A stretch of DNA of 64,000 nucleotides from the human T2T-CHM13v2.0 reference genome, Homo sapiens. The position numbers were made by a program, and so were the translations under genes. The stretch lies in the NCBI RefSeq assembly GCF_009914755.1, contig NC_060936.1. One strand, given 5' to 3'. Positions 34,915-51,374 of the stretch are shown here, piece by piece; within the stretch, counting starts at the first letter, position 1; every line of letters starts with the position of its first letter. Below the pieces are notes generated by a model. It was not told the DNA's origin, made no database searches, and was given only the letters and a program-made list of their open reading frames with translations.

Positions 34915-36254
34915 TTCACTCTGTCCTGTGCTCAGAGAGGATCATCTGTTTGTCTTCACCTAGAAGACAGGGCAAGAGAGTGAGTAGATGTAGTCAATGA
35001 GAGGCACCAGCAGGTGACGGAAAGACAAGTGGAGGGAGGGTAGTCAGTTGCCTTCTCCCCAGCCAGGGGCCACTTCCCTTTATGACTTCGGCTTCCATGA
35101 TAACAGCTCAGTCAGGCCCAGGAGCACTGGTTACTTCTCTGTCCTCTCAGCTCTGGGAGAGTTGGGGTGGTCATGAAGCCCTGAGACTGTAGAGGGACAT
35201 GCCAACTTCTTGTTAGTTCCCTCAACCCTGCCCATGCCTATGGGTAATCAGAGATGGATTCTATCTCCAGTTAGGATCCTGATAGTGGTATTTGTGTGGG
35301 GGATTCCATGCAAATGGTGTGTGGACAGAAGGTGAGTTGACTATGAGAAGGTCAGCTCACAGGCCAGTAGACTTCCTGATGCACAGCACACACCATTGCA
35401 TGAAGTAACTGGGACTCAAGCTTCCTTCTTCCAACTCAATCAGGATATGAGAGCATTGGTACATGGTGACAGCGTTCAGGAATCAGATCCAAGGAGAGAA
35501 AGATAGCTTCATGTATCAAAGTGGAGATGTCCTTGTAAGAAATGACATCTTTGGAGGGTCAGCCCTTCCCTGAGAACTTCTTCACTCTGTCCTGTGTTCA
35601 GAGAAGATCACCTGCTTGTCTTCACCTGGAAGACAGGACAAGAGAGCAAGTAGATGTAGTCAATGAGAGGCACCAGCAGGTGATAGAAAGTGGAGGAGGT
35701 TGGGTAGTCCGTCGCCTTCTCCCCAGCCAGGGACCACTTTTCTTTATGACTTCAGCTTCCATGACAACAGCTCAGTCAGGAGGATTCCAGAAGCCTGTTA
35801 CCAGAAGCACTGGTTACTTCCCCCGTCCTCTCAGCTCTGGGAAGGGTGGGGTGGTCATGAAGTCCTGAGAGAGCAGAGGGACACACCAACTTCTCTTGTT
35901 GGTTCCCTCAACCCTGCCCATACCTATGGGTAATCAGAGATGGATTCAGTCTCCAGTTAGGATCCTCATCAAGGTATTTGTATGGGGGATTCCATGCAGA
36001 TGGTGTATAGAGAGAAGATAGACACAAGGTGAGTTGACTATTATGAGAAGGTCAGCTCACAGGTCAGTAGACTTCCTGATGAAGGACAGAACACCATTGC
36101 ATGAAGTAACTGGGACTCAAAGCTTCCTTCTTCCCACTTGACCAGGATATAAGAGCTTTGGTCCACAAGGACAGGTTCAGGAATCAGATCCAAAGAAAGA
36201 AAGACAACTTCATGTATCAGAGTGAAGTGGAGATGTCCTTATGAGAAATGACAT
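34915..36254 (+). repeat. Old direct tandem duplication (34915-35548 and 35581-36254)
   Basis: Both copies run from 'ttcactctgtcctgtg' to 'gtggagatgtcctt..agaaatgacat'; roughly 80% identity by eye; includes part of an old ERVL-like LTR and unique flank. Confidence 0.92.
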
Positions 36255-38967
36255 TGTTAGAAGTTATCAGGGAAGGGCAGACCCTCCCCAGTGAGGGCTC
36301 ACATTCATGCCCCTTTGGCAAAACCAAGTTGACCACACTTATCCCAGTAATCTATCCTGGAAAGGCCTTTGGGCAGAGATAGAGAGCATTTTGCTTAGAA
36401 ATCTACTTTCAGACCCACTGAGGGCCATTCCAGAGCCCCACAGGACAGGACAGAAGACAGCCCAGGTTTTCATAGAGGGGACTGAGCTCACTCAGGTGAA
36501 GGATCCCACTACTAGGAACTTGGTTGTATAGTCTCAGGAGTATCTCGGTAGAATTCCACTGCATCACATAGGGATGACCAGAACTTGAAGTCCCTATACC
36601 TAAGGTTTTTATTTCTGTTCCTTCTGTCTCTATGAGGACCCAGGAACCAAGAATTATTTAAGCAGGGTCTAGTTCCCTATTTCTAGAGAATTATACTACC
36701 CTCACAAAAACTTCTGAGACTGCAGAATTTTAAATAGTGACTGTTTAACATTTCTTGTCAACTAAACCCACTCTCATTAGCAAGGGCCAAGAAATTGCCA
36801 CTGAAGAACATATTCAGTTTGATTCTTCTCACTAGCAGAAGAGGCTAGATAATGCCAAGCCTTTAAAATCCTTGAACTGCAGTCATGACTGCAGGTTTGA
36901 ATACAATGCTTCTCTTATGCTCACTTGCAAGAGCATACAAAGTCTCAAGCCACCTAATTGCCAACAGAGGGAAGACAACATACCCTTCGACTCTTGTTCT
37001 ATGGCTTCAGAGGGTAGGACACAATTATCTACTTTGGGACCATTCCTTGACTTCAGATGTGGTTGAATCCTGGTCAATTTTCCCATTTGTTCTCTAGTGA
37101 ACTCTCATTCCCCTTCAACTTGAAGGGCAGTGACTAAACATTCCACAGATGAAGCCCAGTTTTACTTTGAAGTATGCTAGCATTTGCATTTACACCATCA
37201 CTATTGGTAGTACTTTACTGTGGTATAGAAAGAAGTCATAATTCCTGCTGTACTGTCTATAGCACCATTGTGTACTGTACACAGATACCTAATTAGTACA
37301 TTAAATGTTATTTAGGAAAACAATGCTTGTTTTGTTTGAGTTCCTTTGATTGTCATGGGTTTTAAGAGGGCTTTAGTGATACATGGGGGAAACTGATTGG
37401 GGGTTTTAGGTTGGTTGGGATTGCATTATTTTCCCCATCTAAAACTTTGGATAGCAGGAGTCCATATCCCACTTTCAAGGATAAATTAGAAGAGATGCAT
37501 GTAAATTTAAACACATTTGACATTTGCAGAAGCCATGATGGAACACATGATCTCATCTTCATTTTGATCTTAAGTATAGGTCAGAAGAAGATTATTCCAG
37601 CCCAAGAAACCTCTGTAGTCTAAAGGGTACACTAACAGGACTACTGGGGAGCTGTGGTCTTTATGGGGAGTGAAGATCATTTTGTTGGTTGCTCTTTGGG
37701 TGTTCAGCAATGAGAAGAGTCAGACTTTTCAAAGGCTGGCCAGCAGAAGCTTGGCAAAGGCTCTTTAGGATTTCATGCTGCTGCCTGAGGGTGGAGGACA
37801 TTGCTGATTAGTGTCAGAGCTAGCTCCCCACAAAAAGGATACCAAGTTGGGAATGAGAATGCGGTTCCCTTGGCATCTTTAGTAAGTCTCTGGTAAATAA
37901 AAACTTGGTGAAATGGTCATTGACTGCAGTCCTGCACCATGATTTTCCTCTGGGGACTCAGTGGGTTTTATTGGCTCCTGTTTCATGCATAACGTAGGTG
38001 ACGAAAGAGTCCAGGCCCAGCCTGGAAATCCTAAGATGCATAGGTCCACATCAAGGGGACACAGGTAACAGCAAAGCAGGCAGATTGCAACATTGACAGA
38101 GCCAGGTTTAGAGACGATAAACTTGTTCTTTGGAAACGAACTTAGAACTGGCTTCAGTACTGAACATGCCTAGAGGTATGAGTTCCTATGAATGAAGGGT
38201 AAGAATGTGACAAGTATGGTGGCCCATCTGTCCTTACAGGGATCTTCATAGCCAAGGACTGGATTTGAACAAGTCAGTCTCCAGCTATGTTTTAGACACT
38301 GAGGACTGTGCCCGTCATCCCTTAGAGCTTCTCTCTGGGCCACTGGCTCGAAGGGCACATCTCAGGGAAAAAGGTCAGTGTGATTCCCTTATTTCTTTGT
38401 GGAAAGACCTCAGTAGCCAAAGGTGTTTGCCCGTGTTATTTGTCTGAACAAGATCTTCTCTAGGACAGCTAGGTCCACAGGACAGCACCAAGAGTTACTC
38501 TGCATGCTTATAGTACCTGCTTACGAACAGAAACAGAGGCAATATTCACATGAAAGCTCAAATGTGGATCTCTCCTACCATAGTCACGTCTTCACAAGCT
38601 GACAGCCCTCTCAATTCTGAGATTTGTTATTCAGTCTTTTCCCAATAGGATCTACAAAGCACCTCTTGACCATTTATCATGCATGGAACCAACATGTCAA
38701 ATTCCTCAATAACTGATTCCCGCCTAGGATCACACTCATTGACTAGCTCCGCCAATTCTTACAATTCATTCAGGCTCTGCTACAAGCATACAGCTTTGCT
38801 AGAAGTAGATTTCTTCTAGGAAATTTCATGCTACTGAGAGGTTGTGTGGCAGAGCCATGTTGCCATTCTTCCAGCATGACTTGATAGCTAAGTTGAACAC
38901 TATCCCAAGGAGATGCCTCCTTGACAACTTACACTGCAAAGTGAATCATAACCCTGACCCTGGAGAC

Positions 38968-39595
38968 TGCTATAACGGGCTCCTGTGAGAGTTCTATTTG
39001 CAGAACCCAGAATTCACAACGGAACATCAACATATCCAAAAGACAAGTTTCAATGAACAGATTCTCAGCAAAAGGACTCTAAGGATGCAGAGGAAGGGAA
39101 GTCACCCAATCTGGGAAGGAGGTACGTAGAAGAGTGTTACTATAGCAGGACGCTCACTTGAACTTGGGTTGTGTGTGAGTTCCCACCACTCTCTGGTGAG
39201 AATGACTCATTGTGCCCAAGTCACTTGTGCAAACAATGTGGTATATGAACACCTTTTCTTGGAGTTTGGAATTTGAATATGTACTAAAGCAGAGGATGCC
39301 TATTTTGGCTAGACCTCAATTAAAACCTTAGGTGCTGAGTTTCTAACAGGCTTCCCTGGCAGAAGACACATCATGAGTTTTACTCATAGCTGGGGAGTTA
39401 AGCCTTGGTGACCGCACTGGGAGAAGGCACTCAAGCTTGTGTTTTCTTCCAGACCTTGCCCCAGTGCCTTTTCTCTTAGCTGATTGTGCTTTGGATCTTT
39501 CATTGTGTAAGTAATAGCCATCAGTACAGCCATGGCTGTACTGAGAGTCCTACTTGTGAATCATTGACACTGGGTACAGTGGAGATCCCAACACA
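38968..39595 (+). mobile_element. ERVL-class solo LTR (MER68/MER77/MER21-like)
   Basis: 'aaaaccttaggtgctgagtttctaacaggcttccctggcaga..ctgagagtcct..tgaatcattgac..cccaacaca'. Confidence 0.6.
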
Positions 39596-39744
39596 GTGGG
39601 TACCTAATTTTTGCCTGGAAACAGCATAATCTCAATTTCTAAAGGGCTACATACGTTTTGGGAAGTATGTATAATGTGTAACCAGGAAGGACTAAAGACC
39701 CTGGTATCTATTCCTAAAGATTTGCTATCCCTGTTTAAGGGTAA

Positions 39745-40103
<359 letters not shown>

Positions 40104-40479
40104 TGCCTGCATTTTTTTTTAAACCAGTGTGACAAATGTATCCAATGTTTTATATGAGAACATGCATTTCCTTATGTTTGCTGTCCATTTGTGTTGTCTC
40201 AAAAATTTCTCATATTTGTACATTTTTCTTTTTCCCTTAATGCCACTAATAGGCCAAGTGTTCAGTTTGCTCTTTTATGTTTAAAAGGCAAGGTGCTTAA
40301 CCAAAGACTAGCTTATTCTATTTAATATAGCATTTTTTTACACCACCTAGTTCTGTTAGCTGCTCTAACCTCAGCTCTGGCATACAGGAAAAAGTTCTAC
40401 AGCTACAGCTTGTAAGCAGTAATGAAAGAGAATTGAGTATATCAACTCCAAATTTGAGTGTTAGAATTCTAAGTCATTG

Positions 40480-41490
40480 TTACTAAGAGTTGTACATTTA
40501 CATAGATATCTAGTCTAATTATTACTATCATTATGGAGCGGCTTCATGCCTGGTAATACTCCTTGCTCCAAGGTGTTTTGATACTGACACAGCCACTCCA
40601 GCTTTCTTCTGACCTGCGTTAGCATGGTGCATCTTCCCATCATTAACCATTTGTGTCTTTGGATAAAGACTCAACCATAGGCTGCCTACAAGAAACTTAT
40701 TTTTATGAACTTTGATGATCCATACACTTTAGTAGTGCTATTTGGGTCATATTTATCTCATGTTTAGATTTAAGTATGCCATCTATTTTTGTGTAATTTG
40801 TTTTCATTTTTTCTGCCTGCTTTTATTATCCTATCTCCTTTGTCTACTTTTAGCTATAACTGTTTTGGTTGCTTTAGGGCTTACAGTATATGCTTAAACT
40901 TCTAGTCCACCTTGAATATGCCACTTCACATACAAGAAGCTATACTTCCTTCTCCCAGACTTTGTGCTATAGTCATTTCACTTCTACATGTTATAAACCC
41001 TGTGATACGTTGTTTAAACTGAGTTATCTTTAAAGTAAATTAAGTCTTGACCTACATATTTACTATTTCTGGAGATTTACTTGGCATTTCTTCCTCCTAC
41101 CTGAATTTCTTTAGCATTTCTTATACCACAATAGAAGTCTGCCAATGATAAAAGATGGAAAGACAGAAGCTGAAATTGTTTTGCTTTTGTGTAAGATTCA
41201 CTAGGAATAAGTATGTTGCCAGATTTTCTCAGTACTTTATGATATACCTTAGTTAAGGGAATTTTAAAAATATAATGTATAGCAGAATGAGAAACATTTC
41301 TTTAGAAGCAATTCAAGCCAGAAGACAGTGGGCAACATTTTAAATAAGATTGCTTAAAAACAAGCAACAATTCATCATGTTTTTTGAAGTTCACTGGGCT
41401 CCTGGCATCTGTGGGTTTATGGTTTTCATGAAGTTTGGAACATTTTGGCCATGTTTTTGTCCCTCCCCTGCCCTTCAGGGACTCCAATTA
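40480..41490 (-). mobile_element. Old L1M fragments (continuing at about 44845-45990)
   Basis: Degenerate antisense L1M motifs such as 'acagccactccagctttc..gttagcatgg' and 'catttcttt'. Confidence 0.5.
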
Positions 41491-42429
41491 CAGCCACGTA
41501 CCTGTGTTTCACTCCATGGACAGTGTATAAGATGGTGTTCCCATAAGATTAGTGGAGCTGAAAATTCCTGTTGCCTAGTGATGCCGTAGCTGTCATAATG
41601 TTGTAGTGCAATGCGTTACTCATGTTTGCAGCAATGCTGATGTAAACAAACCTAATAGACTGCCAGTCATCTGAAAGTATAGCATACAGTTATGTGCAAT
41701 ACATCATACTTCAGTGATTGCTTACTGGTTTATCTACTATTTGAGTATTTCCCTCTACATATCAAGTTAACTAAGACAGACACAGGCAGGTCCTTCGGGA
41801 GGCATTCCAGAAGGATGCATTGTTATCATAGGAGATGACAGCCCCATCCATATTACTGCCTCTGAAGATCTTCTAGTGGGACAAGGTGTAGAGGTAGGGA
41901 ACAGTGCTATTGGTGATCCTGACCCCGTGTAGGCCGAGGCTACTTTGTGTGCTGACATCTTAGCTTAACGAAGGTCTAAAGGGTAAATAGAAACAAGCTT
42001 ATAGAATAAGGATAAAAACATTCTTGTATGTATGTACAGTGTTTTAAGCTAAGTATTATCAAAATTTCAATTACAGTTAAGGAGTTTAAGTTAAAGATAA
42101 TTTGGTACTAAAGTTTTATTAAGTTAGTATAGCTTAAGTATATTATGTTTACGAAGGCTACAGTAGAGTACAGTATCATCCCAGGTCTTTACATTCACTG
42201 ACTCACAGCAGCTTCCAGTCCTGCAGGCACCATTCATGGTAAGTGCCCTATACAAGTATAGGTCATCCTTTACACCCTATTTTTACTATACTTTAAGATG
42301 AAAATAATGTTGTGTTACAGCTGCCTATGGTATTCAGTAATATGCTACACAGGTTTGTAGCCTAGGAGCAGGCCATATCATATAGCCTGGGTATGAGTAA
42401 GCTATACCATCTAGCTTCACATAAGTCAC
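41491..42429. mobile_element. Tigger3/MER7-like TcMar DNA transposon, one end truncated
   Basis: 'cccataagatta..ggagctgaaaattcct', 'gcaggtccttcgggaggcattccagaagg' and 'aggtttgtagcctaggagca'. Confidence 0.75.
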
Positions 42430-42442
42430 TAGTCTTGTCTTT

Positions 42443-44901
<2,459 letters not shown>

Positions 44902-44974
44902 TAGGTATCTGTTTTAGTGTCCCTGTTCTAATTATGATTTCTAGACCTGTTTTTATTGATCTTATGAGTTGTAC

Positions 44975-45262
44975 TTTTATAATTTAGAGATGAGGTCTCA
45001 TTCTGTCATCCAGGCTGGGGTGCAGTGGTACAATCATAGCTCTCTGTGGCCCTAAATTCTTGGGCTCAAGCAACCCTCCTCCCTCAGACTGAGTAGCTGG
45101 GCTATAGGCACATACCACCAGGCCCAGCTAAGTTTTAAAGATTTGGAGATGTGAGGTCTCAATATGTTGGCTCAGGCTGGTCTCAAACTCCCAGCCTCAA
45201 GCAATCCATCTGCCTCAGCCTCCCAAAGTGTTGGGATTACAGGCATGAGCCAACACACCCAG
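44975..45262 (-). mobile_element. AluJ
   Basis: Diverged antisense dimer with 'aatcatagctc' and 'gggctcaagcaa'. Confidence 0.85.
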
Positions 45263-48200
45263 TCATGAGTTGTATTTTCTTGATTCTCCATATGCCTGAA
45301 CATTTGATTGGATGCCCAAAATTGTGACTTTGGATATTTTTGTATTTCTAGAATTATTCTTATACCTTATTCTAAGATAGTAACTTGGTCAGCTAGATCC
45401 TTTTGAGCCTTGCTTTTTTAGGCTTCATCAGGATTAGGATAGCCTCTAGGGCAGGACTTATTCCATTACTGAGGCAACACCTTTGAGTACTTTGTCCTAT
45501 ATCCCATGAGTTAGGTTTCTATTCTGGATGCTAAGAATAAAATTATTTCAAGTGCTATGTGAGTTCCAAGGATCATTTCCTTTAAGTCCCCTTTGGGTGG
45601 TTCTTCCCTGGCCTAAGGTAGTTTCTTCACATGCATCTGGAGCTCAGCATTCAGCTGAAGATTCAAGGAGGACCCTCCATGGGTCTCTGGGGTGTTCTGT
45701 GTGTGGCTGTCTCCTCCAGCATTCTGCCCTGCTAATTCTAGCTACCTGGGCCGGCCAGAATTCAACTCATGGAGATTGCTAGGCTGTGTTGCCTGTGCCT
45801 GGGCTGCATTCTAGATACTCTCCAGCCACTAAACTGGGCAAGTTACAGGGTCACCTTGTCTATTTCCCCTCTTAGGCATCAGTCTTGTGCTCTTGATAGA
45901 AGACAGTTTTCAGACTCTTGATATGTTTTATCAGTTTTTAGTTGTTTCAGGCAGGAAGATAAATCTAACCCTGTAATTCCATTTTGGTCAGGAGAAGCCT
46001 ATACTTGTCTCAAGTGTTTTGAAAAATCCTTCATGGGGGTAGCTGTTGGTCATTAAGAATTTCTAGTCTGACCAGTGGTCACTATCACTGCAGTATTACT
46101 GTTATGTACTTGCTGAAAGAATGGTGGGATAAAGATGGGCAGGTTTTTGGTAGGTATTTATCAAATGGCTCAGACTCAGGTGTAAAGGATAAACTTAACT
46201 CCTTGATTAGATTCTCAGCTGTTGGATACATTTCAGGTCTATAGGCTCAGTCTTTGGATCAATCTGATGGTCTTTGGTCTTTTCATGCAAGCAACAGACT
46301 ACCAGGCAGTGATAGGCCCACAAATCTGAGACCTGTACAACCTAGCAGACTCTCGTTACCAGTGTCCCTCCAAATTGCTATATACCTGTCTCTCCAGGTT
46401 CTTAGGGAATGAACCCAGACCAATAAGGTCCTAGTGATGCCCACCTCAAAACCCAAGACTCCCAAATCCCCTGGCTTAGAATGGTTTACTGCCTGAGAAA
46501 TTCTTATCTGTGATTCAAAACTCCATACGAAAGTGAAACCAAGTGATTTAAAAGCAGAGTGGTTAGCAGAAGGACAGTTGTCATTTTCTCCTTAAATTAT
46601 GAAGGGTTTTTCCTTTAGGCTTATAATTCTGAAATAAGGTCAATGGCCTAGAATATGCAAACAGGGTCTAAGAACATATTTTAGTAACTAACATTGTTCT
46701 GGGTGAAGTTCCTGGTTATAAGAGGTTAATCTGATCTTTAGAGATAATGCCTAAAGCCATTTCGATAGAAGCAAGCATCTAAAGGTTTTTCTGACTGATC
46801 ACAAGCTCTGATAAAAGCAATATCTGTTCAAGGAAAACAGCTATTTCTTCCAGGGAAGCTGCTCTATGTAAACAGTATCATACAAGAGACTGAAAGATGG
46901 AATCCTACCAGCAACAATGACAGAAATTTCTGCTTTCAGGATACTTTAGATCAACCTAGAATTTCAGAAACTAACAGAAGCCATGGAAAGGAAGGGAATG
47001 AAAACAAATGGCAAACTGGAACTATAGAGAGCCACTACAATCAGAACTTAGTCTAGGGAAGCCTCTGAAGTCATCTGAGGCAACAGTGGTCTGAATCCAA
47101 GGTTGGAGGTTCTAGTGGTTCACCTGCAGATAACAAAACCACTCTTCATCTGGGCTTGTCACTAAAACTGCTGTCATTTCTGTTAAGAACTCATTCAACA
47201 AATAAGACATTCATGTCTTATTAATGGCAGTGCCAAAAAAATGACAATCTCCATTTCTAATAGAGAGTGGACACTCCCTGTGAGTTCAGGCAGTTCTATT
47301 GGGGTGGTTGATCCCAGCCATACAAAGCCCAAGAGCTTGTATTCAAAGGATCTGCAGCTACACTGGGCACTAGGAAGAGACAATGCCAGCTTCACATGGC
47401 CACGTTATAAAATTGTTTAGCAAAGAATTCTTGGGAAAAGGCCATTCTGTGCAGAAGTAGAGTTGGAGTACCACCATCTGTACTCTGGTCCTGTTCACAT
47501 AAATGCCCAGTCTCAGGGATTCCATACACTTCCTGCTGGGAAGTCAAAGCCCTCTTCAGTGCCAGAAGTGGGCTACAGAGACTGGAAGCACAAGATTTTC
47601 CAATTCCCCTTAAGCCACATGAAGACCGTATCATTATGAATTGCGCTTGTCACAAGCATGTAAGGCTCTAGATAAAGCCAAACATTTTAGTCAACATTGA
47701 ACCTGGGGCTGAATGCTAACATGCTTACATGGCTGGCAGAGCCTTGAAAAGTCTCCAGGCTGCTCACAAAGGCCACCTATTGACCCACATGCTGGTCAGT
47801 TGGTTCAGAATGAGCAGGAGACATAAGGTAATGTGTCTTCTGTCTCTTTGAATGATATTTTAACTTTGATAAAAGGGAGAAAATATACAGACTTATTTTG
47901 GTAAGGTTAGCATGAGATGTTCCTTGTCAGAAGATGGCATCAGTATTGCATAGACAGTGCTACAACACATGCCAATATCCTTTTCATAGACACTCAGACA
48001 ATACCTATAGCTTCCTAGTTGTTTCAGACTTGTTTCTGCCCCTTTGCCAACACTGCTTCTCTACCTTAAGTAGGGTGATTGGTAAGTCAAAGGCTACTGG
48101 GAAGCCACAATTTAAGCAGTTAAAAGGTTAAAGCTGTATGGTAACTGGAAGTCTTATAACTGTATTAGGATAAATCCCAGTGGCTACAGACAGCATCTAT

Positions 48201-50819
48201 TGTGAGCCAACATGACTCTCATCAACAGCAATTCAAAGGAAGATATAATTTTCTGTGAAGTCATCTTTAATCCCAAAATTATCTTTCTAGACCTGAGGCT
48301 AACAAGACCACATTTGGCTGAGTCCAACATGAGTTGGTTGAATATGCATCTGAAAGTTGAGCCTGAACAAGTTGAAGGACCTGTAGCTGCATTTGAAAGG
48401 AAATCCCCCAAAAAATATCTTGTTAGATGTCAGCCACAAGGTGTTTGTGGGGAAATTAAACTTTCTCAGGGGAATTGAGCTCAAAAAGATACCATGGAGA
48501 AGTTTAGCCCATTAAGATTGGAATTTGGGTTTCTCAAGGTATACATTTCTCTCATGGGACTAAGATGACTGACCCAAGCACAGGCCAGAGACTGGGGCAG
48601 CTAGGCAGCATCCATGCTGGTGTAAGCACCACGTGAGACTAGCATAGGTCCCTCAGACTGCACAGTACTTAGGTGAACACTGCAAGAGTCACAGCACTGT
48701 GGGAGACTGGAGGTACAGGCACAGCCTCACGGCTGTATGCCTCAGGTGTGGGCCTGGGCACCAAGATAGCATCTCACCCAGCGTGGGGGCTTTTCTGCCC
48801 ACCTAGGTAGCCAGTGTGTCCCACAGCTTTGGAGGCTGCAGAGCGCCTGGGTGCCTCTTGGCTAAAATGGCCACCATGCACAGTTAGCTACAGACTCTCT
48901 GATGCCTATTTGCCAACTTGTGGGGCAGTTTGGGGTGCAGTAGGCTATAGGGATGCAGCTCTTGTCTCCGACTCTGGGCATACCATTCAGTGCTAATGCC
49001 TTTCAGAGGATGATACACCAAGGGAAAACCGGGGCCCCTTCTTGCAGCTGGTGAAAGTAAGGTTCTGCTAATAAAGCCCTGCTTCGCAATCTATTTTTGG
49101 CATAAGAATAAGCCCAGCTGGGCCTTGAAGTATGAGCAAAGCACTCCCTAGACGTGAAAAAGCAGGAAAAAAAATTTAAACTGTCTTCCTGGAGTCACTC
49201 TAACTTTAGAAAATCAGAATGACCAAGCTCATGACTTGTCTTCCGAACTCAGAGGGTCATTTTTCAGATGGTCATAGTATTTTTTCATGTATTCGTTTGA
49301 ATATATAGATGGTTCTAGCTTTAAATATACTTAAGTTTTGCTTTTTGGTGGTCATGTTCTATTCAGTAGTTTACAACATGGCCTTCAGAGATACCAGTAC
49401 CTTGATTAACAAGGGAATGAGGAGCAAACAGTCTTACTGTAAAGACTGATCGTTCCTTCTTTTTATATCTACCTTAACTAATTGGAATTTTAGAAAATTC
49501 TAGAGGCCATGGACTCAAGTGAGACAGGTTGTTGGGCAAGCTAGTCAATACAGCCAGACCAGGATTAAAGTTCTGGAGCTCTGTATCCAACTAAATAGCA
49601 GGCTCACAGACACATTGAGAACAGATGCCCAAAGCCCCCACAATAAAACGACATAGCCAACATGAAGTTTGAGTGCATAGGAATTTGACCCTAGGTCTCA
49701 TCCATTGAGCTCATCCCTAACACCTATCCCAGAGTAACCAGATTTGACACCACTTGGCTCCTCACGAAGAATCATAAAACATTTTGTTGGAGGGATGCCA
49801 CTTCGACCAAATTGGGAAATAAAATAGAGGTCATTTGAAGGTGTTTTTAACCCATGTTCAGTCCTACGGTCATCCTATATACTTGAGCAGCCCGGGTTTT
49901 GGTGTCGTTACAGATAAACACCTCAGAGCAGACCAGAACCATCAGATGATCACCTCCCCCTGCCTATCTCTCTTTTACATTTGTCACAGTTCTTTGATTA
50001 GGTGAGGCAGCAGGCCAGGTCATTTTCAGATACTTCTTGAGCCTGGAAAAGACAAAAACCAGATGCAGACTTCTCATGAGGCTGGCCCTCAACATCAGGA
50101 AATCAGGCTGGTCACATCACGGGCTCTCAGTATTAAGAGACTTAAGCACTAATAACTACAGAAAATATGATTCAAGGAAGCCATCACTTTTTCTGCAATA
50201 GTACATTATGCTCAGAGCAACTTGTTGTTTAATATAAAGCTATGTTTCTATTCTATCAAGTTTCCAACTAGAGTCTATAGCTCTATTCTTCTATTCCTAT
50301 GTGATGTTATCTAGGGGTCTAGGAACTACAGGTGTGAGTTGGGCTGGCTCATTATGTTCTCTTCCAGGAAGCTACTAGCAGAATTTGTGCTCCCCATCCA
50401 CACATGCTTAGGTTCTCCTAAGTAAGAGGTCCTGGTTCTACAGTAAGGTAGGAGAGATTTCTAATGTACACTGAGAGCATTCAATGTCAGATTCAAAGTG
50501 ACCAAGCACGTACAGGCTGGGCAACCTAAAATGCTGCACAATCCACAACTGAGTGCTGACATGATGCAAGTTGAAAATTTTACATCTGACCACATGTGTC
50601 AGGTCAGTCAAAACAGAGGCACACCATTTGTGTTCCAAGGGGGGAAAAACACCCTCCAAGCCTCCTTTAGCCATGATACATCTTTTCTGCACATGCAGAT
50701 TCCCCCATACAAACATGCCCACAAAGGAAAATAAGATGGCGTGCAGGCTGGGCACACCAATGGCAGATTTCCCACAATGCCCTACTTGGGGACAAGAGCT
50801 ATGCAAAGATTATTCTAAG

Positions 50820-51342
50820 TGTTGGGAGCAGGCCCCCCCTGAAATCTGGCCATAAACTGGCCCCAAAACTGGCCATAAAAACAAAATCTTTGCAGCACTG
50901 TGACATGTTCATGATGGCCATAATGCCCATGCTAGAAGGTTGTGGGTTTATGGGAATGAGGGCAAGGAACACCTGGCCCACCCAAGGCAGAAAACCACTT
51001 AAAGGCATTCTTAAGCCACAAACAATAGCATGAGCGATCTGTGCCTTAAGGACATGCTCCTGCTGCAGTTAACTAACCCAACCTACTCCTTTAATTCGGC
51101 CCATCCCTTCGTTTCCCATAAGGGATACTTTTAGTTAATTTAGTATCTATAGAAAAAACGCTAATGACTGGTTTGCTGTTAATAAATACTTGGGTAAATC
51201 TCTGTTCGGGGCTGTCAGCTCTGAAGGCTGTGAGACCCCTGATTTCCCACTTCACACCTCTATATTTCTCTGTGTGTGTGTGTGTCTTTAATTCCTCCAG
51301 TGCCGCTGGGTTAGGGTCTCCCCGACCAAGCTGGTCTCGGCA
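50820..51342 (+). mobile_element. MER9 (HERV-K HML-3) solo LTR
   Basis: tgttgggagcaggcccccc...gctggtctcggca; TSD CTAAG at 50815-50819 and 51343-51347. Confidence 0.9.
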
Positions 51343-51374
51343 CTAAGCTCTGGTAGAGAGATACTGTGGGAAGG

